This document shows, one piece after another, positions 8,724-19,895 of a stretch of 64,000 nt of DNA. The DNA comes from a bacterium (GTDB lineage: Bacteria; Patescibacteriota; Dojkabacteria; JAKAPS01; JAJZLI01): NCBI GenBank assembly GCA_021785355.1, contig JAJYFR010000001.1:199096-263095 (forward strand), given 5' to 3'. Each line of letters starts with the position of its first letter. Within the stretch, counting starts at the first letter, position 1. Under the pieces are notes generated by a model. The model made no database searches. It was not told where the DNA came from and worked only from the letters and a program-made list of their open reading frames with translations. A program made the position numbers and the translations under genes.

Positions 8724-9843
8724 TATTAAATTTTTCTATATTTAAAACTAAACCTATTGAGATAAGTAGTACAACAATAGAACTTCCTCCATAACTTATG
8801 AAAGGCAGAGGAACTCCTGTAAGAGGTATAATTCCGATATTTGCTGCAATATTTATAAAAGCTTGTATTCCTATCCAAGAAGCAATCCCAGATACTAATA
8901 ATTTTCCAAAGTAATCTTTTGAATTTATTGCGACTTTAAATATAAGGTAAACTAAATATATGTATAGGGATATTACTAACAATGCTCCAATAAGTCCTAT
9001 TTCTTCAGCAATTACAGCAAATATAGAATCTGTTATTGCGGTTGTTCCTACAAGGTATTGATTTTTTTGAATAGATTGAGTAAAACCTACTCCTAATAAA
9101 CCTCCTGACCCTATAGCTATTAGTATTTGATGTACTTGATATCCAGCTCCTTGTATATAATTTTGAGATTGGTTTGATCCTTTTAAGTAGGTTAATAATC
9201 TTTGTAATCTATATGGAGCTATTATAACCAATACTATTGATGATAGTCCAAATAATATTCCTGTCAAAGACAGATTCATCCAGATATATCCAAAATTATC
9301 AGATATTATAAAGATAAAAATAGATATTGTTGCAAGAATTATAGTTGTCCCCATATCTTTTCCTGCTATTATAAATAGACATGTTATTATAGTTACGATT
9401 AAGTAAGGTAATAATATTTTTTTGAAATTATCTGTAGCACTTTTTATTTCTCCTTTATATTTAGTATGAAGTTTCGTAAAAAGGGATGAAAGATATATTA
9501 TAAAAACTAATTTAGTTATCTCTGATGGTTGAAAACTTGTAAATCCTAGAATATTAAGCCATCGCTGAGAACCATTGATTTTTGCAGAAAATACAAAAAC
9601 TACTATGAGTGCAATCAAACATAATATCCAGAGGAGAAATGCAAATCTTTGAAATATTTTATAATTGGACCTATATGTAATATATGCCAATAGAGTTCCT
9701 AGAAGTACCCATATTGCCTGAAAAGTAATGTAGTGATATCTTTGGGCTATTAAACCCATCGATGCATCAAATACCATAATAAGCCCTAATAAACAAATTA
9801 TAGAAGTTGTTATTATAATTTTTTTTGATAGGGTTTCATCCAT
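8710..9843 (-). CDS. ftsW: SEDS protein FtsW
   Basis: GLIMVFDAS, RW...FQPSE, IGSGG, TDSIFAVIAEE, TGVPLPFISYGGSS; next to murG. Confidence 0.88.
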   Translation of the reverse strand: MDETLSKKIIITTSIICLLGLIMVFDASMGLIAQRYHYITFQAIWVLLGTLLAYITYRSNYKIFQRFAFLLWILCLIALIVVFVFSAKINGSQRWLNILGFTSFQPSEITKLVFIIYLSSLFTKLHTKYKGEIKSATDNFKKILLPYLIVTIITCLFIIAGKDMGTTIILATISIFIFIISDNFGYIWMNLSLTGILFGLSSIVLVIIAPYRLQRLLTYLKGSNQSQNYIQGAGYQVHQILIAIGSGGLLGVGFTQSIQKNQYLVGTTAITDSIFAVIAEEIGLIGALLVISLYIYLVYLIFKVAINSKDYFGKLLVSGIASWIGIQAFINIAANIGIIPLTGVPLPFISYGGSSIVVLLISIGLVLNIEKFNNEEN

Positions 9844-9884
9844 GTATTTAGTTTATACTAAAAATATATATAAATTAAGATATA

Positions 9885-11165
9885 TTATTGATGTTTCTGA
9901 CTTATATAAATATTTTGTATTATACCCAGTATAATAAATACTGTTAAAAGAGAACTTCCTCCATAACTTACTAGTGGTAAAGTGATTCCAGTTACAGGCA
10001 TAATACCCATATTCATTCCTATATTAATAAATAATTGTACTATTAATAATGTTAATCCTCCAACTATTATTAATATCCCAAATCTATTATTTGTATTTTT
10101 CATAATATCTAATATTCTTACTATAAAAGCAAAGTATATAGCAAAAAAGATTAAAGCTCCTATAAAACCAAATTCTTCAAAAAGTGTAGCAAATATAAAA
10201 TCAGTAGTATCTTCGGGTAAAAAATTTAATCTACTTTGAGTTCCTTGTGCATAACCTTTACCCCATAAGCCTCCTGATCCAATAGCAATTTTTGATTGTT
10301 CTGTCTGAAAATTAATAGAAGAATTTAGAGATGAAGATTTATTTAAAAAACCAATAAGTCTTTGTTGTTGGTAGTTTTTTAATAAATGATCCCATACTAT
10401 TAATTTAAATGAAAATCCAAATATTAAACCTACTAATAGGGTTATCAATATTAATGGTTTTAGTATTGTTTTCTTTGCATATCTATAAATAAGATATATT
10501 AACAATATAAGTATTAAAAAAATAGAAATATTTATTTGAAAAAAGATTAAATTAATATTTGAATTAAATATATTAATTCCCAAAAATGGAATAATTAAGA
10601 GTGTGGATAATATAAAAAGAGATATTATTAATATAAATTTTTTATGATCATAAAAAGATGCAAAAAGTATTGATAACCATATTATCATTATAATAATACT
10701 ATTACCTAATGCAGGCTGTTTATATATCAGATAAAATATCGGGAATACAATTACAAATCCTAAAAGTATTTTGTATAGTATATTTTGAGTTTTTCTAAAG
10801 ATTTCAAAGAAAGATGCAGATATAAGTATTACTACTATTTTAGCAAATTCAGCAGGTTGGATATCAAATTTACCTACAACAAACCATCTTCGTGTATTAT
10901 TGAGTCTTATATTTAATATAAATATAAGTGCTAATAAAGAGAAAATTAATATATATAGAATTATTTGAATTTTTTTATCCTTATATATTTTATAATTAAA
11001 TGTCATTATAAGGAAATAGGCTATTAAACTTACTATGAAAAAAATAATCTGTCTTTCTCCTTCTATTGATTGTCCAGTAGAATATATACTAAATATTCCA
11101 ATTATAGTAAGAGTGATAGCTAATATTGAAAGCGAATAATCTTGCTTAAGTATTCTTGATAACAT
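9885..11165 (-). CDS. rodA: SEDS protein RodA
   Basis: RW...IQPAEFAK, YQQQRL, QSKIAIGSGG, GTQSRLNFLPEDTTDFIF, TGITLPLVSYGGSS. Confidence 0.88.
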   Translation of the reverse strand: MLSRILKQDYSLSILAITLTIIGIFSIYSTGQSIEGERQIIFFIVSLIAYFLIMTFNYKIYKDKKIQIILYILIFSLLALIFILNIRLNNTRRWFVVGKFDIQPAEFAKIVVILISASFFEIFRKTQNILYKILLGFVIVFPIFYLIYKQPALGNSIIIMIIWLSILFASFYDHKKFILIISLFILSTLLIIPFLGINIFNSNINLIFFQINISIFLILILLIYLIYRYAKKTILKPLILITLLVGLIFGFSFKLIVWDHLLKNYQQQRLIGFLNKSSSLNSSINFQTEQSKIAIGSGGLWGKGYAQGTQSRLNFLPEDTTDFIFATLFEEFGFIGALIFFAIYFAFIVRILDIMKNTNNRFGILIIVGGLTLLIVQLFINIGMNMGIMPVTGITLPLVSYGGSSLLTVFIILGIIQNIYISQKHQ

Positions 11166-14028
11166 TTATTTTTATATACAATTCTTTATCATTAACAATA
11201 AATTTATCCCCTACTTTTTCTTTTTTTATATTTATTTTATTAGCTTTTACAGATTTCATTATATTCTCATTCATCTTTTCTAGTAAGTCTTTAAGATCAT
11301 CATTTTCTGTATATACATCTATTGATATTAAATCATTAAGATTTAGATTTGAATTTTTTCTAATATTTTGAATGTTTCTTGAAATTTCTCTTATTTCACC
11401 TTCTTGTAATATTTCTTGGGTCATCTCTATATTTATACCAACTTCTCCTGATTTTGTTTTTTTATTAACAAAAGCACCATTTTTAATGGTTGTTATTTTT
11501 TTAGAATTCAATTCTTCTTTAATAAGATTGAGTATTTCTTTATTCTTTATATTTTTATAATTTACAAAAATTTCTAATACAGGTTGTTTTAATTTAATAG
11601 AATTCTCAATTCTAATATTTTGTAATTCAGATATAGCTTCTCTTGCATATTTCATTTCCTCTAATAATTCTTCATCTATTTTTTCATATTCTGGAAAATC
11701 CTCTAAATGAACACTCTTTTTATTGTCAGTAATATTAAGGTATATATGCTCAGATATGAAAGGAATAATAGGTGCACTAGTTTTTGCAAAAAGATTTAAT
11801 GTCTGAAATAGTGTGTTAAGGGCATCTTGATTTCCTTCTGTAAATCTTTGTCTAGAACTTCTTATATACCAATTAGATAAATCATCTATATATGGTTGTA
11901 TTAATAATGTAGCTTCCATTAAGTTATATTTATCCATATTCTCACTCATGTCTTTTATAAACTTATTAGTTCTACTTTTTATCCATAAATCTACTATATT
12001 TGTACTTTCATTGGTAAAAGAAGGTTTAAAATTATATGTATTTGCATATATAGTGAAATATTTTAATGTATTATATATAACTAAAAAATTATTTTTTATT
12101 ACATCTAAAACAGAAGAATCATTGAACATAATATCTTCTCCTTTTACTACTGGAGAGGATATTAAATAAAATTTTAATGCATCTGCTCCATATAGGTTTA
12201 CTAAATCTATTGGATCTGTAAAATTCTTTTTTGATTTGGATAATTTTTTCCCACTACTGTCTTGTATTAGTCCTGTTGTAATAACATTCATAAATGCAGG
12301 TTTATTCATTAAAGCAGTTGCAATAGTATGTAGTGAATAAAACCACCCTCTTGTTTGATCAATAGCTTCTGCTATGAAATTTGCAGGGAAATTATTTTCA
12401 AAATTATCTTTATTTTCAAAAGGATAATGTTTTTGAGCATAAGGCATAGATCCGGATTCAAACCAACAATCCAATACTTCAGAAATTCTCTTCATTTCTC
12501 CTTTATGACATTTATCACAATTAAATGTTAAATTATCTATAAAATGTCTATGAATATCTGTAATTTTTTTATTAGTTTTATCTTCTAATTCTTTTATAGA
12601 CCCTATTACTGTCTCGTTAGAACAATTATCACATTTCCAAACAGGAAGAGGTGTTCCCCAATATCTATTTCTTGATATTGACCAATCTGGAGCATGTTCT
12701 AATCCATGTTTAAAACGACCTTCTTTTATATGTTCAGGTTTCCAATTTATTTTTTCATTATTAAGTAATGTATTTTTTCTTATTTTTTCTACATCTAAAA
12801 ACCATGAATTCATAGAATAATTTAGAAGGGGTGTATCACATCTCCAACAATGAGGATATGAGTGTACTATTTTTATTTCTCTGAATAATATATTTTTTTC
12901 TTTTAGATATTCTATTATTTTTTCACCTAATGATCTTGCTTCTTCTCCTGCCCACTCCATAAGAGGGTATTCTCCAAATTGACCTTCTATATTTACATGA
13001 TTTATGTGAGGTGCATCTACTTTTTTACCTAACAACATATCTTCTTCACCAAAACCAGGTGCTATATGTACTATTCCTGTACCTTCATCTTCAGTTACAA
13101 ATTCTGCTTCTGTTATATACCAACCTTTTTTATCAGTATTTAATATGTTTTTAGAATCAAAGAATGGCTCATATTCTTTATTTATTAAATCTTTTAAATT
13201 AATTTTTTCTATTATTTCATATTCTTTATTTTCAAAAACATACTCTACTCTATTCTTAGCTAATATAAAATATTCTTTATTACTCAAAACTTTTACATAT
13301 TCAATATTTTTATTTATGGCAAGTAGAACATTTGCAGGAAGAGTCCAAGGAGTTGTTGTCCAAGATAACATATACACATTAGAATCTTTTAATTTGAATT
13401 TAACTATTACAGATTGATCTTCTAAATCTTTATACCCTAATTGTACTTCCATATTTGATAGAGGTGTTGCACATCGAGGACATATTTTTGTACTACGATA
13501 TCCTTCATATATCAAACCTTTATCATGAATATATTTAAATATGTACCATATACTTTCCATGTAATCTAAATCCATTGTTTTATAATCATTCTCCATATCT
13601 ACCCATCTACCTAATCTCTTTATGAATACATTCCACTCTTTTATATATTTTAAAACTATTATTCTGCAATCTTCGTTAAATTTGTCTATACCCAAAGTTT
13701 CTATATCTTTCCTATTTTTTATTCCTTTCATTTTTTCTAATTCATACTCTACAGGTAGTCCATGACAATCCCACCCGAATCTTCTCTCAACATAGAAACC
13801 TTTCATTGTATAATATCTTGGAAATACATCTTTTATAGCACTTTGAACTAAGTGTCCATAATGAGGTAGACCTGTTGCAAAAGGAGGTCCATCATAAAAT
13901 ATGAATTCTTTTTTATTCTTATTTTTATCTAAGGATTTTTCGAAAGTATTATCTTTATCCCAAAATTCTAATATACTTTCTTCTATTTTTGGAAAATCAG
14001 GTTTTTGTTCTAAATTAGGGAAATTCAT
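11146..14028 (-). CDS. ileS: Isoleucyl-tRNA synthetase (type 2)
   Basis: DGPPFATGLPHYGH, GWDCHGLP, WTTTPWTL, DWSISRNRYWG, KLSKS. Confidence 0.97.
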   Translation of the reverse strand: MNFPNLEQKPDFPKIEESILEFWDKDNTFEKSLDKNKNKKEFIFYDGPPFATGLPHYGHLVQSAIKDVFPRYYTMKGFYVERRFGWDCHGLPVEYELEKMKGIKNRKDIETLGIDKFNEDCRIIVLKYIKEWNVFIKRLGRWVDMENDYKTMDLDYMESIWYIFKYIHDKGLIYEGYRSTKICPRCATPLSNMEVQLGYKDLEDQSVIVKFKLKDSNVYMLSWTTTPWTLPANVLLAINKNIEYVKVLSNKEYFILAKNRVEYVFENKEYEIIEKINLKDLINKEYEPFFDSKNILNTDKKGWYITEAEFVTEDEGTGIVHIAPGFGEEDMLLGKKVDAPHINHVNIEGQFGEYPLMEWAGEEARSLGEKIIEYLKEKNILFREIKIVHSYPHCWRCDTPLLNYSMNSWFLDVEKIRKNTLLNNEKINWKPEHIKEGRFKHGLEHAPDWSISRNRYWGTPLPVWKCDNCSNETVIGSIKELEDKTNKKITDIHRHFIDNLTFNCDKCHKGEMKRISEVLDCWFESGSMPYAQKHYPFENKDNFENNFPANFIAEAIDQTRGWFYSLHTIATALMNKPAFMNVITTGLIQDSSGKKLSKSKKNFTDPIDLVNLYGADALKFYLISSPVVKGEDIMFNDSSVLDVIKNNFLVIYNTLKYFTIYANTYNFKPSFTNESTNIVDLWIKSRTNKFIKDMSENMDKYNLMEATLLIQPYIDDLSNWYIRSSRQRFTEGNQDALNTLFQTLNLFAKTSAPIIPFISEHIYLNITDNKKSVHLEDFPEYEKIDEELLEEMKYAREAISELQNIRIENSIKLKQPVLEIFVNYKNIKNKEILNLIKEELNSKKITTIKNGAFVNKKTKSGEVGINIEMTQEILQEGEIREISRNIQNIRKNSNLNLNDLISIDVYTENDDLKDLLEKMNENIMKSVKANKINIKKEKVGDKFIVNDKELYIKINVIKNT

Positions 14029-14069
14029 AATATATGATATTTTATATCATACAGACATATTTTTCAAAT

Positions 14070-14450
14070 TTATTTTATTGAGTTTACTTTTTTTTGTATT
14101 CTTTTTTGTATATTATCGATTTTTCTGTTTGTATCTCTTACGACATTACGAGTTTTTTTAAGTGCGTCTTTTTTTATTTCATCAGTTTTCTTCTCTACTT
14201 CTGAATTTATTTTATTTAAATTATTCTTAGTTTCTCTTATCAATTTATCTTTATCAAAATTTTCAATAAGAAAGGATACATCATCTATTGCATTATATGT
14301 TGTATCTAAAACTGTATTTTTTCCTTCTTCATATTTTTCAACTAAGTTATCTCTATTCTCTTTTTTAGAAAGATATGAAGAAACTAATCCTACAGTTGCA
14401 CCTGCTAGAAATGTTAAAATTATATGTCTTGATTTATTTTTACTTCCCAT
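14070..14450 (-). CDS. YtxH-like protein
   Basis: N-terminal FLAGATVGLVSSYL hydrophobic segment followed by a charged helical region. Confidence 0.6.
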   Translation of the reverse strand: MGSKNKSRHIILTFLAGATVGLVSSYLSKKENRDNLVEKYEEGKNTVLDTTYNAIDDVSFLIENFDKDKLIRETKNNLNKINSEVEKKTDEIKKDALKKTRNVVRDTNRKIDNIQKRIQKKVNSIK

Positions 14451-14644
14451 TATTTGAAAAATTGTACTAATTTTTTTAACACTTTTAAATAAGTAGAATC
14501 TACACTATCAGTTAAAGATCTTATACTTTTTATTATTCTTGAAGTATTTCTTATAGCAAACATAATTTGAAGTATCATTATTGTTGATACTATCAAAAAT
14601 ATTATTGCTATTAAAATTAATAAATCTATTATTATCTTATACAT
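14450..14644 (-). CDS. Small membrane protein (DUF948/YtxG-like)
   Basis: One TM plus helix; 1-bp stop/start overlap with the YtxH-like gene. Confidence 0.5.
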   Translation of the reverse strand: MYKIIIDLLILIAIIFLIVSTIMILQIMFAIRNTSRIIKSIRSLTDSVDSTYLKVLKKLVQFFK

Positions 14645-14788
14645 AAATATATCTTATAATATTTCTTAATTATACTACTATTGGGGCATAAATACAATTA
14701 ATTAGCGGGTGTTTACATTAAGGATTGAATTATATATCTAAGACTCATATTTGAAAATCTATATTTTAGATGGTAGACTATTTATCAT

Positions 14789-15862
14789 ATGAAATTTTTA
14801 ATTTTTGCAGGTGGAAATGGTACTAGACTTTGGCCTTTAAGTAGGAAGAGTTACCCTAAACAATTTCAAGATTTTTTTTCTAATAAATCTTTATTTCAGA
14901 TGACAATAGATCGTCTTTTAAAAAAGTTTGATATTGATGATTTATTTATTGTTACCCCTAAAGAATATATTAAGATAATAAAGAGACAATGTCCTCAAAT
15001 AAAAGATGAAAATATTTTAATAGAAACAGAAACTAGAGATACTTTAGCTTGTGTTGGGTTTGCTTCATTTATTCTAAATGATAAATTTAAGGATGAAGAA
15101 ATAGCTATTCTTTGGTCAGATCATATCATAAAATATGAAAAAACCTTTTTAGAAGCATTTTTATTGGCATCTGAATATTCAAGAGAAAATAATAAAATAG
15201 TTCAAATTGATGTTAATCCTACTGAGGCAAATGTAAATTTAGGATATGTTAAGATTGGAAATCTTATATTAAATACAAAAGGATTTAATATATATGAATT
15301 TCAAAAACATATAGAAAAACCAGATTATAAAAATGCAAAAATGTTTATAGAAAGTTTTGAATATTTATGGCATACAGGTTATTCTGTTTTTCCTCCAGGT
15401 AAATTAGTAGAACTTTATAAGAAGTATTCTCCTAATACTTCTAAAATTTTAGAAAAGATAGTTTTATTATATAAGGAAGGTAAAGATTTTTCTGATTTAT
15501 ATAGAAAAATAAATAAAACATCAATTGATTATGAGATTTTAGAAAAATTAAATCCTTCTGAAATAGTAGTTATTCCTGCTGATTTAGGTTGGAGTGATGT
15601 TGGAAATTGGTCTTCTTTAAAAGAAGTTTTAGAAAATGAATATAAAGAAAATATATCGAATACTGATAGTATTTTTATGGATACTTCAAATTCTTTAATA
15701 TTCTCTCAAAATAAGAAAAAAATTATTTGTACACTGGGTTTATCTGATATAGTTATAATAGATACGGAAGATGCACTATTAGTATGTTCTCTATCAGAGT
15801 CTCACAAAGTCAAAAATATTATAGAGGAGATAAAAAAAGAAAAAAGAGACGATCTTCTTTAA
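14789..15862 (+). CDS. manC: Mannose-1-phosphate guanylyltransferase
   Basis: AGGNGTRLWPLSRKSYPKQF, SDH, EKP, SIDYEILEK, GWSDVGNW, DALLV. Confidence 0.9.
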   Translation: MKFLIFAGGNGTRLWPLSRKSYPKQFQDFFSNKSLFQMTIDRLLKKFDIDDLFIVTPKEYIKIIKRQCPQIKDENILIETETRDTLACVGFASFILNDKFKDEEIAILWSDHIIKYEKTFLEAFLLASEYSRENNKIVQIDVNPTEANVNLGYVKIGNLILNTKGFNIYEFQKHIEKPDYKNAKMFIESFEYLWHTGYSVFPPGKLVELYKKYSPNTSKILEKIVLLYKEGKDFSDLYRKINKTSIDYEILEKLNPSEIVVIPADLGWSDVGNWSSLKEVLENEYKENISNTDSIFMDTSNSLIFSQNKKKIICTLGLSDIVIIDTEDALLVCSLSESHKVKNIIEEIKKEKRDDLL

Positions 15863-17325
15863 GATTTTTTAGTAGTTGGTATATATTGTAAATTTTTCCC
15901 AAAAAGAAGTCTTGTTTGAGCATCTATAGCCGGTATAGCTGCAAAAAGTATACTTACAACAGGGTATGTTATCCAAGATAAATATGAAAATGCTTGTTTT
16001 AAAGGAGATTTATGACTTCTCTCTGGTGCTAGTTTAGATTCAAAGAAAAGTATTATTATTATTAATACAGTTGTTACTGTAAGAATTCTACTTATTATTG
16101 TTGGTATTGTATATGATAGGGTTGTTTTTTGATAATGAGAATTCAGTTCTGGAATTAAATCTCCAAATGTTATTATTATTGGAGCTATTGCTCTTTCAAA
16201 AGAGTTCCTTATTTGTTGAAAAAGTAGATTAAATTTTTTGAATTTTGATAATTTTTTATTAACCAATACATTAGGAATACTAAAAGACATTTCACTCGCA
16301 CCCCATGCCCAACGTCTTAATTGTTTATATTGTTCTTTTAAACTTTTCCAATATGTATCTGCAAGTACTGCATCTCCATAAACAGGTATAAATAAAGGAA
16401 CGACTTTAGTCTCGTCTCCAAATTCTAAATTTGCTTTCCAGAATAATCTTTCATCTTCAGGTATTATATCTGGATCCCAAAATCCAGCTTGTTTTAAGGA
16501 TTTTAGATTAATTGCATAACAAGAAAAATTCATTAATCTTTCTGTTTTAAAAGTTAAAGCCATTTGCCATTGAGCAGAAAAAGTTGCTATTATTCTAGAG
16601 ACAATAGATACTTTCCATATATTATTATAAAAGATTGGAATTGGTTGATATATAGCTTTATCTTTTTCATCTTCTGTTAAATATCTATATGTTAGGTAGG
16701 CAAAATAATTATAATCATGTCTATAATCAGCGTCACTACTTGTGAGTATAACTTTTCGTGTATCTATTTTCTCTTCTTTTAATAATTTATATATATATCT
16801 TGCAGCATAATTTTCATTAGATGCTTTTCCTGGGATTTCTCCTTTTACAAGTTTATGTTCTGTAATTATAAATTTACCAAATGAATCTTTGTATTTTTCT
16901 TTAAATAATTGTCCTATCTTTGCACCTTCTGGAAATTTCTTTTCTGTAGCAAATAATATTATTTTCCTTTCCTTAGGATATTTTATTTTTAAAGCTGCTT
17001 CTATTGTAGGGGTTAGAATATCTATACTTTCATTTGCTACAGGAATAAGTAATATTTGATAATAGTCTTTCCATATACCTTTAAATTCTTCTTCTAGTTT
17101 ATTTTCCCAATTAGTTTTTTTTACTACAGTTATTTTATTATTTGCTCTAAATACTGAAAATATAATATTAATTGCTTCATATACAAAATAAAGAATATAG
17201 AATATTACTAGATATACAACGATTATAGGTTGTGTAAAAGATAATATGAATAGAAGAATTATTCCTCCCCATAGTAAAAGACCTGGGATCATGTTGATCA
17301 ATCTTTTTTGTATATTATTTTTCAT
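15859..17325 (-). CDS. Membrane glycosyltransferase family 2 (processive-type motifs)
   Basis: N- and C-terminal TMs; GKASN, DAD, PED, QLRRW (QxxRW). Confidence 0.85.
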   Translation of the reverse strand: MKNNIQKRLINMIPGLLLWGGIILLFILSFTQPIIVVYLVIFYILYFVYEAINIIFSVFRANNKITVVKKTNWENKLEEEFKGIWKDYYQILLIPVANESIDILTPTIEAALKIKYPKERKIILFATEKKFPEGAKIGQLFKEKYKDSFGKFIITEHKLVKGEIPGKASNENYAARYIYKLLKEEKIDTRKVILTSSDADYRHDYNYFAYLTYRYLTEDEKDKAIYQPIPIFYNNIWKVSIVSRIIATFSAQWQMALTFKTERLMNFSCYAINLKSLKQAGFWDPDIIPEDERLFWKANLEFGDETKVVPLFIPVYGDAVLADTYWKSLKEQYKQLRRWAWGASEMSFSIPNVLVNKKLSKFKKFNLLFQQIRNSFERAIAPIIITFGDLIPELNSHYQKTTLSYTIPTIISRILTVTTVLIIIILFFESKLAPERSHKSPLKQAFSYLSWITYPVVSILFAAIPAIDAQTRLLFGKNLQYIPTTKKS

Positions 17326-17396
17326 TTTTGAGAAATATATTGATAAGAGGAATTATATCATTTTGTAATGTATTATACTATGATACAATCTTTATT

Positions 17397-19895
17397 ATGC
17401 AAGATACACCAGCAATGTCTCAATATAGAAAATTGAAATCTGAAAATCCAGATGTAATTTTATTATATAGAATGGGAGATTTCTATGAGACTTTTGATGA
17501 AGATGCAAAGACTATATCGAGAGTATTAAATATTACGCTTACCAGTAGAGATAAGACTTCAAGAAAAACTCCTATGGCAGGGTTTCCTTATCATGCTCTT
17601 GAAAATTATTTATCAAAATTAATAGAGAATGATTTCAAAGTTGCAATATGTGAGCAGTTAGAGGACCCAAAAACTGTAAAAGGTGTTGTAAAAAGAGGTA
17701 TTATTAAAATTGTTACTCCTGGAACTTATATTTCAGATTCTTCTTCTGTATCTAAAGAAAACAATTTTATTGTTGCAATAAAAAACTTGCCAAATAATCA
17801 GTACTGTTTATCTTTCATAGATTTTTCTACTGGAGATTTTTATATAACAGGGATACTTTCTTATGATTCATTAGTATCATTTCTATATAATATTAATCCT
17901 AGTGAAATAATAATCCCAGAAGATTTTGAGCTAAACTTTAAAAAAGATTTTGTATTGAGCATATCTACTTCATTTAATCGTAAATATGCCATAAATTATG
18001 TAGATGAAATAGATGAAAATGATATTTCACTAGAACCTGCAGGGGCGATAATAGATTATTTAAAGAAAACTCAGTTATCAGAAATAAACCATATAAAAAA
18101 GATAAAGAGGTTTGATATAAAAGAATATATGGTATTAGATGAAAATACCCTCAGAAGTTTAGAAATATTTGGTACTATAAATAATTCTTCTTATAAGGGT
18201 TCTCTACTCTCTGTAATTGATTTTACAAAAACATCAATGGGAGGACGTAAATTAAGATTTTTTATTTCTCACCCTTTATTAAATGAGAGTATTATTAATA
18301 AGAGGCTGGATGCAGTATCCGAGTTACAAAAGAGTAATATTAAAGATATATCAATATTATTAGAAAGTATCTATGATATTGAAAGAATATGCGCAAGAAT
18401 AGGAACTATATCTATCAATCCTAGGGATCTTATAGCTTTAAAAATTTCTTTAGAAAAAGTATTTCAATTAAATGAGTATCTTAAGATTTTTAAATCCGAT
18501 TTGTTAAAAGAAATATATTTAAATATATTTAATTTAGAAAAACTAAGAGAGTTATATGACATTATTGATATTAATATAGAAGATGATCCCCCATTGTTAC
18601 TAAAAGATGGAGGTTTTATTAAAAAAGGTATAAATGAAGAATTAGATAAATTAAAAAGAATATCTAAAGAAGGAAAAGATTGGATATTAAATTTTCAAGG
18701 AAAGGAGCAAAAAAGATTAGGTATTTCTTCTTTGAAAGTTCATTATAATAAAGTTTTTGGGTATTATATAGAAATATCAAATTCTAATAAAGATAAGGTT
18801 CCTCAGGATTATATTCGTAAACAAACATTAGCAAATGCAGAAAGGTATATATCTTCTGAACTCAAGGAATATGAAGATTTAATAATAAATTCTCAGACAA
18901 GAAGTATCATTTTAGAAAATCAAATATTTTCAGAAATTAGAGAAAATATTAAAAATTATATTACATATATACAAATTTTATCTGAAAATATAGCATATTT
19001 TGATGTCTTATTATCTTTTGCAGAATCTAGTATTAATTTGGGTTTATCTAGGCCTGATATTTCTGAGAATGATTTTGATATATCAATTAAAGATGCAAGA
19101 CATCTAGTAATAGAGAGTGTTATAAGACCTCAAGTATATATACCTAATGATATAGAACTTACAAAAGAAAAGTATATTATGGTTATTTCAGGACCAAACA
19201 TGTCTGGTAAGAGTAGTATTTTAAGACAAACAGCACTAATTATTATTCTTGCACAAATAGGTTCTTTTGTTCCAGCTAAGGAAGCTCATATATCTATAGT
19301 GGATAGAGTTTTTACAAGAGTTGGTGCTTCAGATAATCTTTCTTTGGGTGAGAGTACATTTATGGTTGAGATGAAAGAGGTTTCAAATATACTTAATAAT
19401 GCTACTAAAAGAAGTTTTATAATTTTAGATGAAGTTGGAAGAGGAACATCTACTTTTGATGGAGTATCTATAGCTTGGGCTATAATAGAATATATACATA
19501 ATGATATAAAAGCTAAGACTATGATAGCTACACATTATAATGAGTTAATAGTTTTAGAAGATATTCTTTCTGGTGTATTTAATGTAAGTGTTATGGTTAA
19601 AGAGAATAATAGAGATATAATATTTTTAAGAAAATTACAAATTGGAGGTACAGATAAAAGTTATGGAATTCATGTTGCTAAATTAGCAGATTTACCTGAA
19701 TCTACAATAAAAAGAGCTTATGAGGTATTAGAAGATTTTGAATTAGGAAAAAATAAGACTGTTGTTATTCAACAAGATTTATTTGAAAAAGAAGAAAATA
19801 CTCTAGCAGAAGATTTAAAAAATATAGATATTGACAATATAACAGCTATTGAAGCATTTAAGATATTAATGGATCTAAAAGAAAAATATGATTAA
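17397..19895 (+). CDS. mutS: DNA mismatch repair protein MutS
   Basis: TPAMSQY, YRMGDFYETF, GPNMSGKS, STFMVEM, DEVGRGTS, ATHY, clamp-like QQDLF; start moved to ATG 17397. Confidence 0.97.
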   Translation: MQDTPAMSQYRKLKSENPDVILLYRMGDFYETFDEDAKTISRVLNITLTSRDKTSRKTPMAGFPYHALENYLSKLIENDFKVAICEQLEDPKTVKGVVKRGIIKIVTPGTYISDSSSVSKENNFIVAIKNLPNNQYCLSFIDFSTGDFYITGILSYDSLVSFLYNINPSEIIIPEDFELNFKKDFVLSISTSFNRKYAINYVDEIDENDISLEPAGAIIDYLKKTQLSEINHIKKIKRFDIKEYMVLDENTLRSLEIFGTINNSSYKGSLLSVIDFTKTSMGGRKLRFFISHPLLNESIINKRLDAVSELQKSNIKDISILLESIYDIERICARIGTISINPRDLIALKISLEKVFQLNEYLKIFKSDLLKEIYLNIFNLEKLRELYDIIDINIEDDPPLLLKDGGFIKKGINEELDKLKRISKEGKDWILNFQGKEQKRLGISSLKVHYNKVFGYYIEISNSNKDKVPQDYIRKQTLANAERYISSELKEYEDLIINSQTRSIILENQIFSEIRENIKNYITYIQILSENIAYFDVLLSFAESSINLGLSRPDISENDFDISIKDARHLVIESVIRPQVYIPNDIELTKEKYIMVISGPNMSGKSSILRQTALIIILAQIGSFVPAKEAHISIVDRVFTRVGASDNLSLGESTFMVEMKEVSNILNNATKRSFIILDEVGRGTSTFDGVSIAWAIIEYIHNDIKAKTMIATHYNELIVLEDILSGVFNVSVMVKENNRDIIFLRKLQIGGTDKSYGIHVAKLADLPESTIKRAYEVLEDFELGKNKTVVIQQDLFEKEENTLAEDLKNIDIDNITAIEAFKILMDLKEKYD